Below, one piece after another: positions 14,101 to 27,595 of a stretch of 64,000 bases of DNA (positions are counted from its first letter, which is position 1; every line of letters starts with the position of its first letter). The DNA is from Ptychomitrium polyphyllum (lineage: Eukaryota). The position numbers and the translations under genes were made by a program. The notes beneath the pieces are model-generated. The model worked only from the letters and a program-made list of their open reading frames with translations, was not told the DNA's origin and did no database searches. Where the stretch lies: positions 3,534,001 to 3,598,000 of the forward strand of contig OZ316776.1 in assembly GCA_973851085.1 (NCBI GenBank), written 5' to 3'.

Positions 14101-16532
14101 TTATTGTATTGAATCCATTCTTATTTTTTAAATATGTGAAATATTAGCAAATTTTATCAAAAATAAGAAACACAAATTGCATACTTTTTTCAACAATGGA
14201 ATATAAAAACTACAATCTACAAAAATAATACACATAGCAAGCTTATTACAAAGGAAATTTTTTAAATTATTTCAGCTATGAATATTCATACCTTTTTTAT
14301 AATGAATAAATGATGTTTTTTGAACTGTGTTGGAATCATTCTTTAGAATACTATATTCATTATAATGGAACTTTTGGAGTTTCAAAATTATTTTTTGGAT
14401 GAAATAGAAATATGAGAATTTTAATTTGTTAAAAATGATTGTTATGTTTTTAAAATCATATAATAAGTTTCTTGCCAATGTATAAGCCAAAGCAACCAAA
14501 AGCCATTGGACTTGTAGTTAGATGATTTATGAGAAATATAATTCACTTTAAATAGATATGAATTAATAAATCTTTAATGCTATTTTCTACCAAATTAATA
14601 CATAATAGAATACATAGAAGTAATAATGGACTATTGATTACGCAATTTAAATTGATGTAAATTGAGTTAAAACATATTATCATTATAATTTCAAATCTAC
14701 TGTTTTTTTCCATTCTAATGAATATAGTGATTTATAAATAGAATTCAATATTAAAATCTATAATTTATTAATAGCAACTGCTTTTAGTTCCTTTTAAATC
14801 ACTATCATAAATCTTAACAATGTGAAGATGATATCCTAATTAATAAATAAAAATGACTAATTTTAATTTAATCTAATTCTAAACATTATTTATTAAAATT
14901 TTGACATTGAGTACAATTTTTGAATTTATTGCATAAATTATTTGTATCAAATCAGAAAAATGATTCAACTCAAGTGGAACAAAATAGAATTAAAAAAAAT
15001 AAATTAACAAAACAATTAACTTCATCATTTATATAATGTACTTAAATCTCTATAAAGAATTGAGCATCAAATCAGTTTGAATATAATGATTATAGGCTTA
15101 AAGTCTAAATATGAAAGATGTCCATCTTATTATTTAGTGAATAAATTGCTTCTTTTTATTGTATTAAAATTTATAAAAACCATGAGTGTATAAAAATAAC
15201 AATTTTACAAGAATCTTCTTTATTTAAGTATCATATCATTTGATCTTTTTGTTTCAAAGGTTGTTTTGATGATCAAAATTCAATTTGACACTTCAATTTT
15301 GTATTTTCAAGAATTGATTTTGAATTACAACCTTTACTGAAATTTCATTATTTCTAATGCAATTATTTGTTTTTGAATCTATTAATATTGAATGAAAATC
15401 AAATTCAAATCAAAGAAATTTTTAAAAAGTCACAATATTTTTAGTTATTTATAAATATATGAATTTTTGTTTATTGTGTTGAATTTTTTTTTATAGTATG
15501 AAATAAAGATTTTCATTCTTTATATCTTAGTTTTTGAATTTTAGATTCATTTCAACATTCAAATTTTTGAAAAATTCCAATCAACCATTACAAACACTAT
15601 TTCATTATTTATTAAAATGCCAAAGATAGAACTTAATTAACTAAAAATATTATAAGATAGATTACCTTGTAGATGTATTAATAAGCATTTACTTTATTAT
15701 TTTCTCTCTTTGATATGACAAATTTGGAAACAAGAAAATTGTCAACATGTCCTCATTTTTAATTCTATGGCACTTAAAGCATTTGATTTGTATCATTGAG
15801 GTTTTTAGAATTTGACCAAAATAAGTATGAGAACACATTACAATGGTTATAAATATTTAAAATGTAATTTTTATATCTACAAAGATTTGCAATTTTAAGC
15901 TTATTGATGGCACCAACCTTTGCTGCTACACAAACTTACGTCATAAATCCAAATCTTAGATTTTGGAAGTTCTCATTAGGTTTTTAAATATAAATGAATG
16001 AAATACCATATTTTTTCAACTTTTCATCCTTTTAGATGAAACCTATCTATACTAAGCATCAAATACTTGTATTACATGACAAATAGAAGGTTTTGATTGT
16101 TGTATTATAATGTGTCATTATTATATTCTAGGAGGAGTTTTGAACTAAGTAAATTGATTCTACAAAAACGAGTTATATAGTTGAGGTTGTCATATATTTG
16201 AATACCATAATAACAAGGTTTGAGTATATAAAACAAAAGATGAGTTATAATGGATGCCAAATATTAAATGAGCATTTTAAAATACTCTTCTATTTAAGAA
16301 ATATTTAGCAAATTACATATTTTTCACAAAAATTGACGTCAAAAGACATTTTGGTTTTTTTTAGTTTAGAATTTTACTTACTACTTTTTTTTGTTCAATA
16401 TACAAAATTTGGATGACAATGGTCAAAATCTAGCTAGGAAATTATAACAAGAATGGAATTTTTGATTCTGTTGTTATATTGTCAATGAAGGACATGACTA
16501 AATTATACATGAGAATTGGCACCTAAGAAATA

Positions 16533-16646
16533 GATTCAAGGAAAAAATCACAGAACAATCTTAGCATTTGGACAATGATGTGATTCAAGGAAAAAATCAC
16601 AGAACAATCTTAGCATTTGGACAATGATGTGATTCAAGGAAAAAAT
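16533..16646. repeat. Perfect 49-bp tandem duplication (about 2.3 copies)
   Basis: Unit GATTCAAGGAAAAAATCACAGAACAATCTTAGCATTTGGACAATGATGT starts at 16533 and 16582; a partial third copy starts at 16631. Confidence 0.95.
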
Positions 16647-19600
16647 GATTTCCTCAGAAATAGAAATTATTTTGTGGTGCAAGTGCAACAAGTGCGTGAA
16701 ACTGTTCAGAATTGTGTAAATTTTGCATTTGAAGCACCATGTGCTGCATGAAGACCAATTTGAAAGAGAAGAATGTGGCGCCTCCATTGATGCAATTTAA
16801 TGGATTCCACGTGAGGACTCAGTTGGTTGTGGATACTTTTCTAAGGTTTGGGAGCAACTAGCTTGCTCAAATCTTAGTTCAGTCCACTGTGACTTCATGG
16901 CTTCTTGACTTTGTGACAAAACCACATGAAAAGTTAACCAAATGGATGCTCACTTGTGTGATGGACGTGCGTCTGGCTCTTTTGTAGGAATAATGCAGTT
17001 GACCAGTTGCAGTGAACTCCAATTTGCAAAGCTCCTCTCTGGCTGGCCACACCTCCGTTGCACAAAGAAAATTGTGATAGCTCAACTTCCACTTTGGTTT
17101 AGATGCTGACTTGTTCATGTAAGGTATGTTTTCATTGCCTGTCATGAGGATTGTAATGCTGCTGCCTGTGGTAAGAGCCATTATGGTAGCACCCAGGTAA
17201 CAGTTGAACTTGTGACGTGGATCATACTCAACACCAGGTATTGTAATCCCGACAGGAGGCTTTTTTCTTCACATGTGGATGTATGTGATCCAATGCACTC
17301 TCTAGTTGGTTGTCTCCCCCCTTGAAAAGGTCGTGGCGGCTTCTGGAAGCCACCCACTCAACAAGGCCTTGTTGGAACTAATTCTGTCCATTGCCAAATG
17401 GACAAACAGAAACCACCCTGGAGTCAGTGACAGTTTTTGCTTCTAGTGTTTCTAGCCAATTTCAGGCCAACAATGTATGCAGCCTCTTGCAGCACCTGCC
17501 ATTGGGTTTTATAATCTTTGTGTCAGGGAAATGAAACTTCTTCATTTTGGAATATTTCTGGTGTCTGTAAATTTGTCAAGATTGTGTGGCTAGCAAGAGA
17601 TGGAATGGAACTCAAAAGTGTGGCTGGATTGAATTTCATAATACTGTGCTGCACACCTGGCCCCACAAAGATTGCTGAGTTGAGAAAACGTGAGTGATCC
17701 AGTTCACTTGTAAGGCACTGTAGTGTACCCTTGCTGCCTGTCTCCATCAAAATGACACCTTCGTACACATCATATGGTGGAACTTGGGACCTTTCAAAGC
17801 TTTATCTCATTTATAGTTTGAGGGAATTCATAGCAGGCTCCTTGTCAAATCAGCTTCTTGATTAGTCAATGTGTTAGAAGAATTATTAGTACAAAAGTTG
17901 TAATTTGATGCATAGTATTCAGTCTATAATTCACGTAAATAGCATAAATTACATCTCATGTCATGATTCAAGTCATACATACCATATTGTGCATCCTATT
18001 CACTGTTTTTATACTATATATGTTTTAATACTCTCATATTTAATATGACCAACATGAGATTATGTTAACCCCACACACCAGCACCTCATCCACACCTCTC
18101 ACCCCTGTACTAATCAATTAACTCCACTTTGGAGCATAGAGTGCACGGACAAGTGACTGCCAAACAGGAATGAGGAGCTGTTGTCTCAGCTCTCACACCT
18201 TCACCACTTTTAGCAAAATTACATTCTAGTACATTTTTTGACTCTGAGACATGTATGTTTGGAAGGAAACAGTCATCCTTCCTGTCAACATAATTTGGGT
18301 CACTACAAGTCCAACGGATCCACATCAATCTGAAATGCATCACCTCTTACCTATCATAGGCAAGCCTAATGCACAGTGCGTGATGGCAACAACTTCTAAA
18401 AAATCATTCCCAACTAGCTGCGAATCTTCCAACCATAGACGTGAGCCTTGACTTCAACCACAATAATGATTCATTTGAACGGCGGACAGACTCAGAAAAA
18501 CGTCATTATAGATCATAATGATTAACCTAATTGATCACCGGAGTAGGGAAACTCATATGATCTATTACTCATCTGTTCAAACAGCTGACATTTTGCTACG
18601 CCCGACAATGACCCATCCAAAATTGTACAGCTGGAGTTCAACAAACAGAACAGGCTGACCTACTCATTGGCATTTTGTGTTGCAGCCCTCCAGCTGATCA
18701 CCCATTTGATTGAGTCACGAACTGGCAGTAACATTCCATGCAATCAGGTTTGGCATCAACTGAGGCTACCTCTCCAGCGTGGAATATAGGAGGCACCAAA
18801 ATATATGAGGCACTCTCTTTTGCCTAGAGCAGGGTCCCATCCCTAGAGCTCCTGCATGCACCAATCGTGCTGGTGTTTTTTGGGCTCAATAATTGGGGGA
18901 GCATAGCCCCACCGAAGGGATCATGAGAGACGTGGAGGGAACTCAAAGGAATGGAACCTTCAAGCCCTTTTGACCATCTACACTAACGAGTCAGCGCAGG
19001 CTTTGAAAGGAGTCAACAAAGTGGACTTAATCGTGGGTACCGCGACTAACTCCAGTTTTGAGAGCTGGCTGCGTCTTTGCAAGTGCGTCCCTCCAAAGCT
19101 GTCCTTACAACATACAGTGGCAGTATCATGATTCATGTATCGACTTTCGTAAATTTTAGTTCAGCTATTAGCACGGTTAATGATTATCTCTTCAGGTTAC
19201 ATTCCAGCCATGCGTGTCAATTCACTGTCTTGAAGATTTGTCATCGTGAGGCTTTGTCTTGTGAATGGTATTAAAAGTTTCAGTGCTGTACCGTGTGGAA
19301 GAATTGAAAAGGATTTGATGATTTGGTGGTGAGCTGTACCTCATGAGCTGGGCCATGAACCACCTAATTTGGTGTCGACTATTACTAATGTGGGTAGCTT
19401 GTCGCCAAAAGCTGACCTGGTCGAGGCAGCACAAAATTCCTGAAAGTGCGAGAGGGTGCACCAAACCATGGAGCAAGGCTGAGTAATCTACTGCTCCACC
19501 ATCAAGATCTGGATATTACCCGCTTGATCATTACTCAAGTTTCTCTATCTCCGACTCCAAAGATGGTCGAATGCTTTGTAAATTGACATTTTGAGATTGC

Positions 19601-20177
19601 CATAACCCTGAATTAACATATACTACTGATATTCTCTTACACATCAACTTCACAAAGGATCAACTGCAGTCACTTTAGCACAGTTGTACTACTCCAGAAT
19701 GCGTCGTAATTTCGTCTTCTTGCCAAGCACATGCCACGACATGCACTACCATTGTTTGCAGTGAATGGTGCGATTGATATTCCTCCCCTAGAAGGTGAAT
19801 CTTCTGAATTAGGCAGCCCTCACCACATCACGTCGGAAAGGGAATCTCTGCACCAACATCTGGAATTCAAGCCCTCGCTTGATCCCAGATTGATTTAGTA
19901 GCAGCCGGTCAAGGCCCGAGGGCAGTTGATCACATGAAACGATATATATTTCTGCCATCGGCAAATCCAGCTTGAGACTCCTGCAAATTTTGTGCCAGTC
20001 GATCAGTTGTCACTCTCGTCATGTGTACCCAAGTCACGGAGTTGACATCCGAGTCCTGTGATCGCCTGCAGGCGAGTCAGAGATGTAGACGGCACAAGAT
20101 TGTGCAGGTGCAGAAGTAGTACATCTGTTTGGAGCTATCTGTTCCAAGGGGGAGGGAGAGACCTTGCCTGAGCAGAG

Positions 20178-23100
20178 ATGATGATGATGAAACTGGTGGA
20201 GCTTCTGCTACCCGTTGACAATACTGGACGTGGCTATGGGGTGGGAAGTTTTGTCAAGGTTTTAAGGGTATGCCTGCGGGTTGCTTGTTGGGCAGTGGCT
20301 GTGCTGTGGCTGGTGCTGTGGCTATTGTATCCCACCACTCCGGGAAGCATCTTCAAACAGGACGTTACAGAAAATGTTTACTCCAGTTTCTTCGGCACAA
20401 GTGGTACACACATGAATTCCTTGCAGTTTGATTTTTCCTTTGCTTTGAAATTCGGTAACTCATCAACCAGTACTGCAGAGATGATCTCATGACTCACTTT
20501 GAGTTCTTAAAAGGTTGTCAGCTTTGCTCTGAACCTTCTCCCTGCATCTTGATCGTTCACAACTAGAAATGTTGTGATAATTTGCGGACACCTCTTGAAA
20601 CAAGTTCAAACTGAGCAAGGGCTACTTTGTAATTGGCTCACAATTGGGTGACTAGTCTCAGCTTCCCTGTTCCATCTGAGAAGGAATTCTTCAATACCAA
20701 GGAGAGATACTGCTTCCTTGCTGTATGTCAGTTTGGAGTCCCCGAATAAAACTGTTACAATTGATTGTGATATTGGACGTTTCTAATGAAGCCCTGGTGC
20801 CGTCTTGCTCTGGTTTTTGCAGCAACGTATTACGTTCTTTACGCGATTCCGGTGATCGCCTTGGCGATCTTTGCCTTGCTCTACCTGGAGTTAACCAAGA
20901 GATTCCCCTCCAAGTAGGTCTCCAACTCTTCCAAACCATGATTGTTGATCGCTTCTTTCGATCCCCTTTGAAAATTCAGATTTGTATTGCTATTAACTTT
21001 GATCACAGTTCCGTCAACTTCTCTCAAGTGATTGATCCATGGCCAACCGCTAGAATAGACAAAGTTGTCAGGCGTAGCCCTCCGCTTTACTTGCACAGTC
21101 TGAAGAATTCTCTATCATCGCCTACCCGATGTTTTCGAATGAACAGCTACCTTCAATTAACTCAAATTCTGCAGCTTGATTCGACATCTGGCGCTACTCT
21201 GTAGCTACAATCCTGTGGAGTTGACTTGAGGTTGACCTGTGTCTTAAAACGAAATCATTTTGTAGACTACCATAGATAGGATCTCGTTGATCACTCCTCC
21301 ATCTTCGGCATGTCGAAAGTCTATGAGCCCGGAAAATGAATCGGATTGAAGTTTCCTCTGAACGCATTAGAATTCCACCCATAATTTCGTGACAAATTTG
21401 GCGCTTCATTTGACGTCAATATATTTTCGGAGATGTCGGGAGCTTGTCTCAATTACAACACACCAGTATCAGCAAAAGTCGGCAATCCGAGATAGATCAG
21501 ATAAGAAGTTCTCGTTGACATCAAACTGGAAGAGATTAAAACTTTGAAACGTAACTGACTTAGTTTACTTACCGGACGTACTTCGTGAGGGTCAACTGCC
21601 TGATTGTCCTTGCTGGGGTCGTGACACAAACTTTTAAACTTCTCGATTTCTGTTCGTTTTCCTTTCTTGCTTGTGAGGAGGCATAATTAGTGCCGGCTAG
21701 GGTCCCCCACTTTCACTTTCAACAAGAAATAGGACCTCTACCAGAAGCGTGATGAACGGCGCGCCAGCACACGGTTGTACTTCGGTGTAAAGACTAAAAA
21801 CTACCGCTACCTGAGTGTTGTACCCATTATAACAGTGCCAATTCCTAAGGAGGCTACTCAAAGTTCAAACTGTAAATCTTTTTATCAATTGCAGAATTAC
21901 TTTGCAGCACTGAGCTTGGTGCACGGTCGCAACAAGTCTTCCCGTTTGATTTGTATGATTTTGTTTTCGTGGAAAATTAGACAAGAATGTTGTTGCGTCT
22001 AAGACCGTCTGTGTGTGTGGCCATGGTGACTCTTCTTCAGGGAGCTAGAGGTGAACGACAGCAAGAAATCCAAGCTTGAGAAGTTATGGGCCGCCTTCAC
22101 TCGGAATATTTGGACGCAGCCTCTGGTGGTGCGGAGTCCGCTAGGGATTCTAAACGCCATCGACTTGTTTGGAATAGGTTTAGTGCTCTTCGTCGTCGTG
22201 TGCTTCACCACCAACTTGACCGTGCCGCGCTTCGACAGCATCAACCACGGGGAGGAAATCGCGGGCTTGGAGAAGAAGTAAGCCTCAGCTGCAGTCTAGT
22301 TGATGGATTCCATATCTCAATATCTTTACGCTGACCCTTGCTGGAACCTTCTTGACGTGCACATTTTTGTGTTGCAGATGGCAAGCGAAATTGGACAAGT
22401 CCGGGGAGCTCTTCGGCAAGGTTATCCCGTTCACCATGACGCTACTGTTCCTCCCGGTGACTAGAGGATCGCCGATACTGCGATTAATTCATGTACCGTT
22501 TGAGCATGCCGTGCGGTACCATCGATGGCTGGGCCACTTGACCATGCTCCTAGTTACAACTCACGGGATCATCTACTCTGTCTATTACAACTCCAGACAC
22601 GAAACCCACATGGTATGTGCCTTCGAACCACACAAAATCCTAGTCCTGGCATTTGAAGTTTGTAGCGGACTGGACATTCACAAATCGACTCTGTTTTCTT
22701 TCCTGCAGATAATCGCTTGGAAATATTCTCAGGAAGGGATTTCGAATCTGCCTGGTGTGATTGGGGCGTTGGCGGGGGTTCTCATGTGGGTCACTGCTAT
22801 TTCGCGAGTGCGGAACCGGTTTTTCAACCTATTCTACGGCACTCACCAGTTGTATATTGTGCTGTTCGCATTCTATGCGTGGCATGTTGGTAAAGGAAAC
22901 ATGGGTAAGTGCATGGGCGGCATCTTTCTCTTCTTCATTGACAGGTTCTTGAGGATGGTGCAGTCTCGAAAACGGTTAACTGGCGTGTCGGCGCAGGTGC
23001 TACCCAGCGGTATTGTTGAGCTCAAGATCCCCATAAAAGAGGGTATATTTCGAAACCATCTCTCTCACTACGTTGCAACTCATACTTGGCTTATGCTTGA

Positions 23101-24603
23101 CGAAGTCCATTGGGGTAATCTAAGGAATGAGGTGGCCATCTGCAGGGTTTGAGTACAATGCATTGAGCTTCGTGTACATCAATGTACCGGGGATTTCACG
23201 CCTGGAATGGCACCCCTTCAGCAGCGCATCCAGCTCCCTTAACACAGCCAACACGATCGCCATATGTATCAAGCCTCTGGGTGACTGGACGCGTAGCCTC
23301 CACAGCGCCATTCGCGGGAATTTAGCTACTCATGCAGTCAATCCTAAACTGCAGTGCCCTTTTGCGCTGAAGCTGCACGCCGAGGGCCCATATGGTCACG
23401 AGTCAGATTATTTCCTCAGGTATCCTTTCCACATCTTGATATGATTTTATGCAATAATGCATTTTGAAATGACTTTAGGGTTGCTTTGCAGTTCCCTTCA
23501 AGGACATTTCTAACTGCATTCTTTCGAATCCTTTCCCCAATGTAGGTACAAGAACCTCATGTTGGTCGCAGGCGGGGCAGGGATAACCCCCTTCCTGGCA
23601 ATTCTCAACGACTTATTGAAGCGCCACGAGCTCAAGCAGGAGAAATTGCCAGTACGTTTGCAAGTGATATGGTGTGTGCGCAGCGTCTCCGAGTTGTCTA
23701 CTCTGCGTGACATACGCCCTGCTCAAATCTTCCCAAGCCTCGCCAACGGTGACCCCAACTCTTTAACACTGGAAGTAGAAGTTTACGTAACTCGAGACGA
23801 TGTCATCAACGACTTCACGCAATTCAACTCCAAAGTACTAGAGTTCGAAGATACCTGCAGCAGCAGAAGAGACGCATCCAAGGCTGACGCCGTTTCTAGG
23901 ACCAACACAATCTCCAGCTTAACTCCCACCACATCGAGCCAGAATCTATTGATGGTGGCCATTATACTCTCGTCAGTTGCAGGATTTGTTCTAATGTCCG
24001 GGCTTTTCAATCTTTATATTTACACCCCACGAAACTCCTCCGAGAGTCCGTTTCCGCTGGCCCTTGATGTGTTTTTGTTCTTCATCAGCACAGGCATAGG
24101 CATTGTTATTTGTGGAGGCGCCGTGCTTCTTCTTTGGAACCCGGCATGGAGTCATATCGCCCCAAAGTCAGCTTCTTTGCCACAAACCCCGACCAACAAT
24201 ATCAGTGACGACGATTCAGCAAGTGAGAGCAAGGATGTTGAAGCCCAGCCTGCAACACTAATAGATTTGTGTACAGTTAGAGAAGGATCCCGACCCCAAT
24301 TTCAAGGTTTGTGCCGTCTGCTGACCTTATCCCTTTGTTTGATTGTTACGGAAACTATTGAGTGTTGCTGCTTTTGAAAGCAAACCAAAATCATAAACCA
24401 TGGAGTAAACTTACAGCATTTGTCTTGAATTGTCCGCAGAGATTTTCGAGGCTGCTGCGACGAGGTACAGAGGGGAAGAGACTGGAGTACTAATTTGTGG
24501 ACCCAAAGGTCTCCAAGAGTCCGTTGCCTTAGAATGCCGCTCTCAGAACTTCAGAAATCGGCAAGCACAGTTCCATTTTCATTCTGTGAGCTTCGACCTT
24601 TAG
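20178..24603 (+). CDS. FRO: Ferric reduction oxidase / ferric-chelate reductase (FRO family), paralog B, about 773 aa
   Basis: Eight GT-AG exons: 20178-20403, 20823-20913, 22041-22277, 22378-22612, 22709-23042, 23146-23419, 23546-24306, 24440-24603 (2322 nt, ends TAG). Motifs: LFLPVTRGSPIL, YHRWLGHLTMLLVTTHG, THQLY..YAWH, WHPFS, EGPYG, AGGAGITP, ICGP, FHFHSVSFDL. Confidence 0.95.
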
Positions 24604-25776
24604 CTGCAGTATCCTTGCAATATAACCACCGTCTCCGCGGTACTAGCTTTGTGGTTGCTTTGCCTTTCTCTAAAAGTCCAAGCCCGTAGTGTCATGTACA
24701 ATAGAACGTATCCGGGAAAGATTGGTTGTAAAAATTATATATACATTGCACATGATACCAAGTTCATGTACAAAGCTGACGAGTTCTCAGTCGAGAATGA
24801 GGTACTATACCGACTGAAGGCACGAATTTAAACATAGCCAAATGTTGATGTACATAGGGTATTACAATTTGAGTTCATCTCCAGTATGTGCAGGAGTTGA
24901 ACCCAGGAGGATTAAACTTCGACCGGGTAGAAGCTCAAGTTCGGATGCTTCGATGAGCACTAGAACCTGTCTCCTGTTGTCCTCAAAAAGATTTTGCCCA
25001 TAGAATACCATTAATCAATAAAGGGTCGCCGAGACTTGCACAATCAGTTTGATTATCTTCCTGCACTCCACTCAATTTCCTCCATGCATCAATGTGTTAT
25101 TAACTTGACAATCGAGCATCTAAAACGTAATCTCTCATCAGACATGTCTACAGCTACTCTGCTTTATCACATCCATTGAACATGTTTTCATTCTCAACCT
25201 ACACTACTTTGTATGAAACTATCTTCTACAATTTCTAAATAATCTATTCCTTCAAACGGATTTGAACGTCAGCAAAGCAAAAGATGAAATTAGTGCACTC
25301 GACGAGTCAGCCTGAGAAATAGCATTTATAGTTTTCATGAGTCGCTTGACGGCTGCCAATGAAAAAGCATTTAAAACTGTAGAATGAACTGGACTACTTG
25401 CTAGGAAGACAGACTCGCAAGACAAGCAAGCGGATCACACACTCAACCACCGTATCGCGCCTCCAAGCTTTGCCTTCTTCGGCACCACTTTGGTGCCGAG
25501 CTGCTTGGAATTCACTATCAGGGATGGAGGCCAGCATAGAGATCAGCAACTCTGCAATGCCGGATTTAGTGGAAGTCTTCACATAGCTCATGCAGGCTCT
25601 GTTCAGGGCGAACACGCTGCGAGGAGTGGAGCTCAACTCCCACTATGTGCTTCGACAGCACTTCTTTTCCATGGTGATCTTGTGGATCCTCGCACACGCA
25701 GCCAAGATCATCCTTTCTCTCTTGCCCACTCTCGTGCCAGTTCCTATGCTGACCAGAGCTCTGCAGAAACTGAGCG

Positions 25777-26071
25777 CTGTAGCTGAAGAGTACGATACTG
25801 ATTCCGTATCTTCGAGAACTGATGACAGCAGCCGCAACCATCTCTCGTACTCGAAATCTCATATTGGGCGTGCGCTTACACAGGTTAGAAGCTGAATTTC
25901 TTTGTTTTGTGAATCTGTTATTGTTCCTTAGGAATGTTAGTTTGCAAGCTATTGTGAAAGCTTCGATGGCTGGAATTCTCTAAATGAACCTCTGGGTTTT
26001 GCGTAGCTCCTGACTTTAGAAAGGATGATACGGAATACTGTAGCTGAAGAATACGATACTGATTCCGTATC
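25777..26071. repeat. 34-bp dispersed direct repeat (1 mismatch)
   Basis: CTGTAGCTGAAGA(G/A)TACGATACTGATTCCGTATC at 25777-25810 and 26038-26071. Confidence 0.9.
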
Positions 26072-26416
26072 AAAGAGCATATTTTCTCCACTTGGCTGCA
26101 AGAATACGCTATGTCTCAATTCGATTGGCCGAACCTGCAAAACTGCTACAACTCCTGGTATTTTTCGATGCGGAAGTTGGAGGTTGGCATGCCGAAAGTC
26201 ATGGAAAAATGACTCGAAAGAAGCAGTCTAGTAGGTATGCCAATGACCGGCCAATTTTCACCTCATGTTACAATTTAGTGATAAAAGTGAGGTTTCGTAT
26301 TCAGCTTTTTATGACTCACTTGTAGCTTTGTGAGTTAGGTTAATATTTTTCGTCAACTCAAACTGTATTCCTGTCTGAGGGTTTTAAAACTACTGCTTCG
26401 CCATTCTTCAGCGTTT

Positions 26417-26448
26417 CTATATTCGACGGCGCTATATTCGACGGCGCT
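26417..26448. repeat. 15-bp tandem duplication CTATATTCGACGGCG x2
   Basis: Units at 26417-26431 and 26432-26446. Confidence 0.85.
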
Positions 26449-27595
26449 GCTTCAGAAACCAGTAGAGTATGGCAATGGATGGCCGGAGTTTGAACTGACC
26501 CTCTCAAATGGATTGATTTAATAAGCCCTTGTATCTCATTGCAACATTGAAGGCTGTGCTCGGTGCTGGTGAAGATTCAAGCAGTTCTTGGAGCAAGTTG
26601 GTTCGCAACTCGGGAGGGTTAGATTTTGAATCATATCGCTTCGGATTGAACTGGTGCATGCAATTCCGCATTCATGATTCTTGTGTACAATTAGCATACT
26701 TGATATATATTGCCCCTATAAATACAGAAGCTATGTTTTCAAACAATGAGCAGGAGTGTTAGAAATCTAAATGTCTAATCTCAAGTACTGGTTTGATGTA
26801 TTGTACAATTCGACATGCACTTGAAGGAAGCACAATTTGTGCTTTAAATGCGAGTGAGTTCCAAATTGAACGGCATGCTGATATAGTTTTTTGGAACTTT
26901 TCTTGAAAATGATTACCCTCTTGTTATATAACAGTATGTTTTGGTTTCCATAAGATCCTTAATTGAATCTAATTTGATAACATTTTTATTTAGCCTTTAT
27001 CTTTAAAAGTTGAAATTGTAATAAATACATTTATTGATAGAAAAATTATGATGCCATCTACTAAAAGCATACATAGAACATGAAACTTACAAAATTTAAA
27101 AGGAGAATTTGTGCTTTAAAAAAGCATATTTGACTTAAAAGAATGGAACTTTGTAAAAACCTAAATTGAATTATAGATCAAGTTTGAAAACTAATGTAAG
27201 AAATGAAAGATCTCTTTCTCAACTTTTCCAAAAGTGTGCTAACTACATCATCTAATCTTACAATACGCCAACAAAAAAGTGGAAATTCAGAATCTGTTGC
27301 AGAAACACACACCTCCCCAAAAAGTTTGCATTTATCCTTGTTCGAAGTTCAATACAGTAGTGTTTAGATTCAGATGTGCACAGTATATATTTTTTCTAAT
27401 CACAATATATTACTACTGTGCAAACCTCCAGTAACCCAATCTCATCATATTTTGGCAGCTTGTCAATTCAGAGACTCTTGTACGCAGCACTTTCGTTATT
27501 TTGAAGACCTTTGAACTTTGAGTTTGGCAGAAGAGGCACCAAGTATTGATCGTCACTCTGCATTCAAACCTAATTCTGTTCAAAATTGAGTCCAA

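Noticed and set aside
13600..16530. Long AT-rich tract (similar ones at about 5.3-6.3, 32.6-33.2 and 48.9-53 kb) as a named transposon
   Set aside because: No terminal repeats, TSDs or coding remnants identified by eye; probably decayed repeats but unclassifiable.
16533..16646. CRISPR-like repeat array
   Set aside because: The copies are contiguous with no spacers, and the context is eukaryotic; this is a simple tandem duplication.
7269..24603. RBOH/NADPH oxidase identity for the two oxidoreductases
   Set aside because: No EF-hand N-terminus, and the motifs and C-terminus (HSVSFDL) fit FRO rather than RBOH (HKENF).
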